DNA of 64,000 nucleotides, from the NCBI RefSeq assembly GCF_000315625.1, contig NW_005434637.1:505985-569984 (forward strand), given 5' to 3'. Source of the stretch: Guillardia theta CCMP2712 (lineage: Eukaryota > Protista > Cryptophyta). Positions within the stretch are counted from its first letter, which is position 1. Each line of letters opens with the position of its first letter. Shown here piece by piece: positions 63,000 through 64,000 of the stretch. Both the position numbers and the translations under genes were made by a program. Under the pieces are notes generated by a model, which worked only from the letters and a program-made list of their open reading frames with translations, ran no database searches and had not been told where the DNA came from.

Positions 63000-64000
63000 C
63001 AGAAACAAGTCATTAATGAGGTGGATCGAAGATTTCCTTGCTGCCTTTCCTAGGGCGATATGCTGAGAAGGAGAGCAGAGATGCAGGAGGGACGAAAGTT
63101 GAGGGGAGTGACGAGGAGGGAGAGAGAGCGAGTGTTTCTAAAGATACAGCAGAGCAGAGAAGAGCAGAGAAGAAGGAAGAGGAGATGGTAGTTCGTTGTG
63201 AGTTCTTGACCATTTCGCATCGCTCCAGACCTCCCCGACGACTTCAACAAACGTTGTGTAGCTTTCCATGACGGCAAAGAATCATGAAGACACCAAGCCG
63301 GCAATAGTATCGCAGACGTCTGTATGTAAGATCTCAGAGTAATGACAAGCACTGCTGTGTATTGGGGGTCTTGATTGGTGCGCAGGAAAACTTTCATTGT
63401 GCTCCTCCGTTCTCGGACCGATTCCATTTGTTGTGAGGATGGCGAGTCTATATACCCATGTGAATTGGTATTATGTGACGGCCGAAAGGCGTGGAAAGGA
63501 GAGCATGGAAGTAAGATTGAATTTTTGTTTGTCGGTCTCAGCCTGATGCTTGTCACAGCTGAAGGCAACTCCAAGAAAGTTCGTGAACTGTACTTAGGTC
63601 TCGAGACGAGACTGCTATCCCGTGATTGCGACGGAAATTTAGGCTCGATATCCTTTGATGAAGAGAAAGGGATACTGCGTTTCGAAATGTCACCTGAAAG
63701 TGTCGGCAAGAAGAGGAAAAATGTGCGTTGAATTGGCCGATCTTGTAGTGCCTGAAGCATTTCAGGAGGAATTGGAAATATCGTTGACCAAGGTTGACAA
63801 AGTGAGAGATATTCAGGTCAATCTCGGGCATCGTGTTGTGCTGTCACCTCTCTCTCTCTCACTGATAGGCACCATCAGGACATCATAAAGGATTGCGCAA
63901 GGATTAGACTGCGAGAATTGAATCGCCTCGATCAAGATTGTGATGCCATGCGGTGTCCCACCAGACTTTTGAGGTATGGCATTTTGAATTTCCTTGCAGG
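63000..64000 (+). CDS. Partial hypothetical multi-exon gene running off the window
   Basis: ORF segments 63038-63271, 63375-63731 and 63655-63888 with GT-AG-like boundaries. No consistent model or family could be derived. Confidence 0.3.

Noticed and set aside
63016-63290. Selenocysteine (TGC-TGA) readthrough
   Set aside because: Further stops follow in that frame, and there is no recognisable selenoprotein motif or SECIS within the window.

Overview
Gene-dense eukaryotic nuclear DNA with many very short (about 40-55 nt) GT-AG introns, microsatellites and a 100-N assembly gap at 26761-26860. Several proteins carry signal peptide plus transit peptide presequences, including one with a further twin-arginine lumen signal. 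This indicates an alga with a red secondary plastid, most likely a cryptophyte such as Guillardia theta (inference, not verified). About 24 genes are visible. Well-supported calls are KU70, POC1, RPB6, PRP8, an HDDC2-type HD nucleotidase, a METTL21-type and an FkbM-type methyltransferase, an EsV-1-7 repeat protein, an LMW-PTP-fold phosphatase, two convergent Cys-rich (GCC2/GCC3, TNFR-like) surface-protein genes (one with Kelch repeats) and an IQ-repeat protein. Likely calls are CEP57-like and BLOC1S4-like genes. The most interesting observations are: (1) an amino-methyltransferase with an SPPY motif and a CCCH finger inserted in the catalytic domain; (2) a protein with duplicated transposase-like HTH domains, AT-hooks and a possible RFX-like winged helix, together with X-box-like palindromes near centriolar/ciliary genes; (3) ubiquitin-C-terminus-like LRGG/LRIRGG motifs ending presequences, one followed by a bipartite NLS (candidate nucleomorph import); (4) three recurrent classes of intergenic sequence signature; (5) a 127-bp pseudogenised PRP8 fragment copied 6.6 kb away. 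Exon boundaries were read by eye, so many gene ends are approximate.
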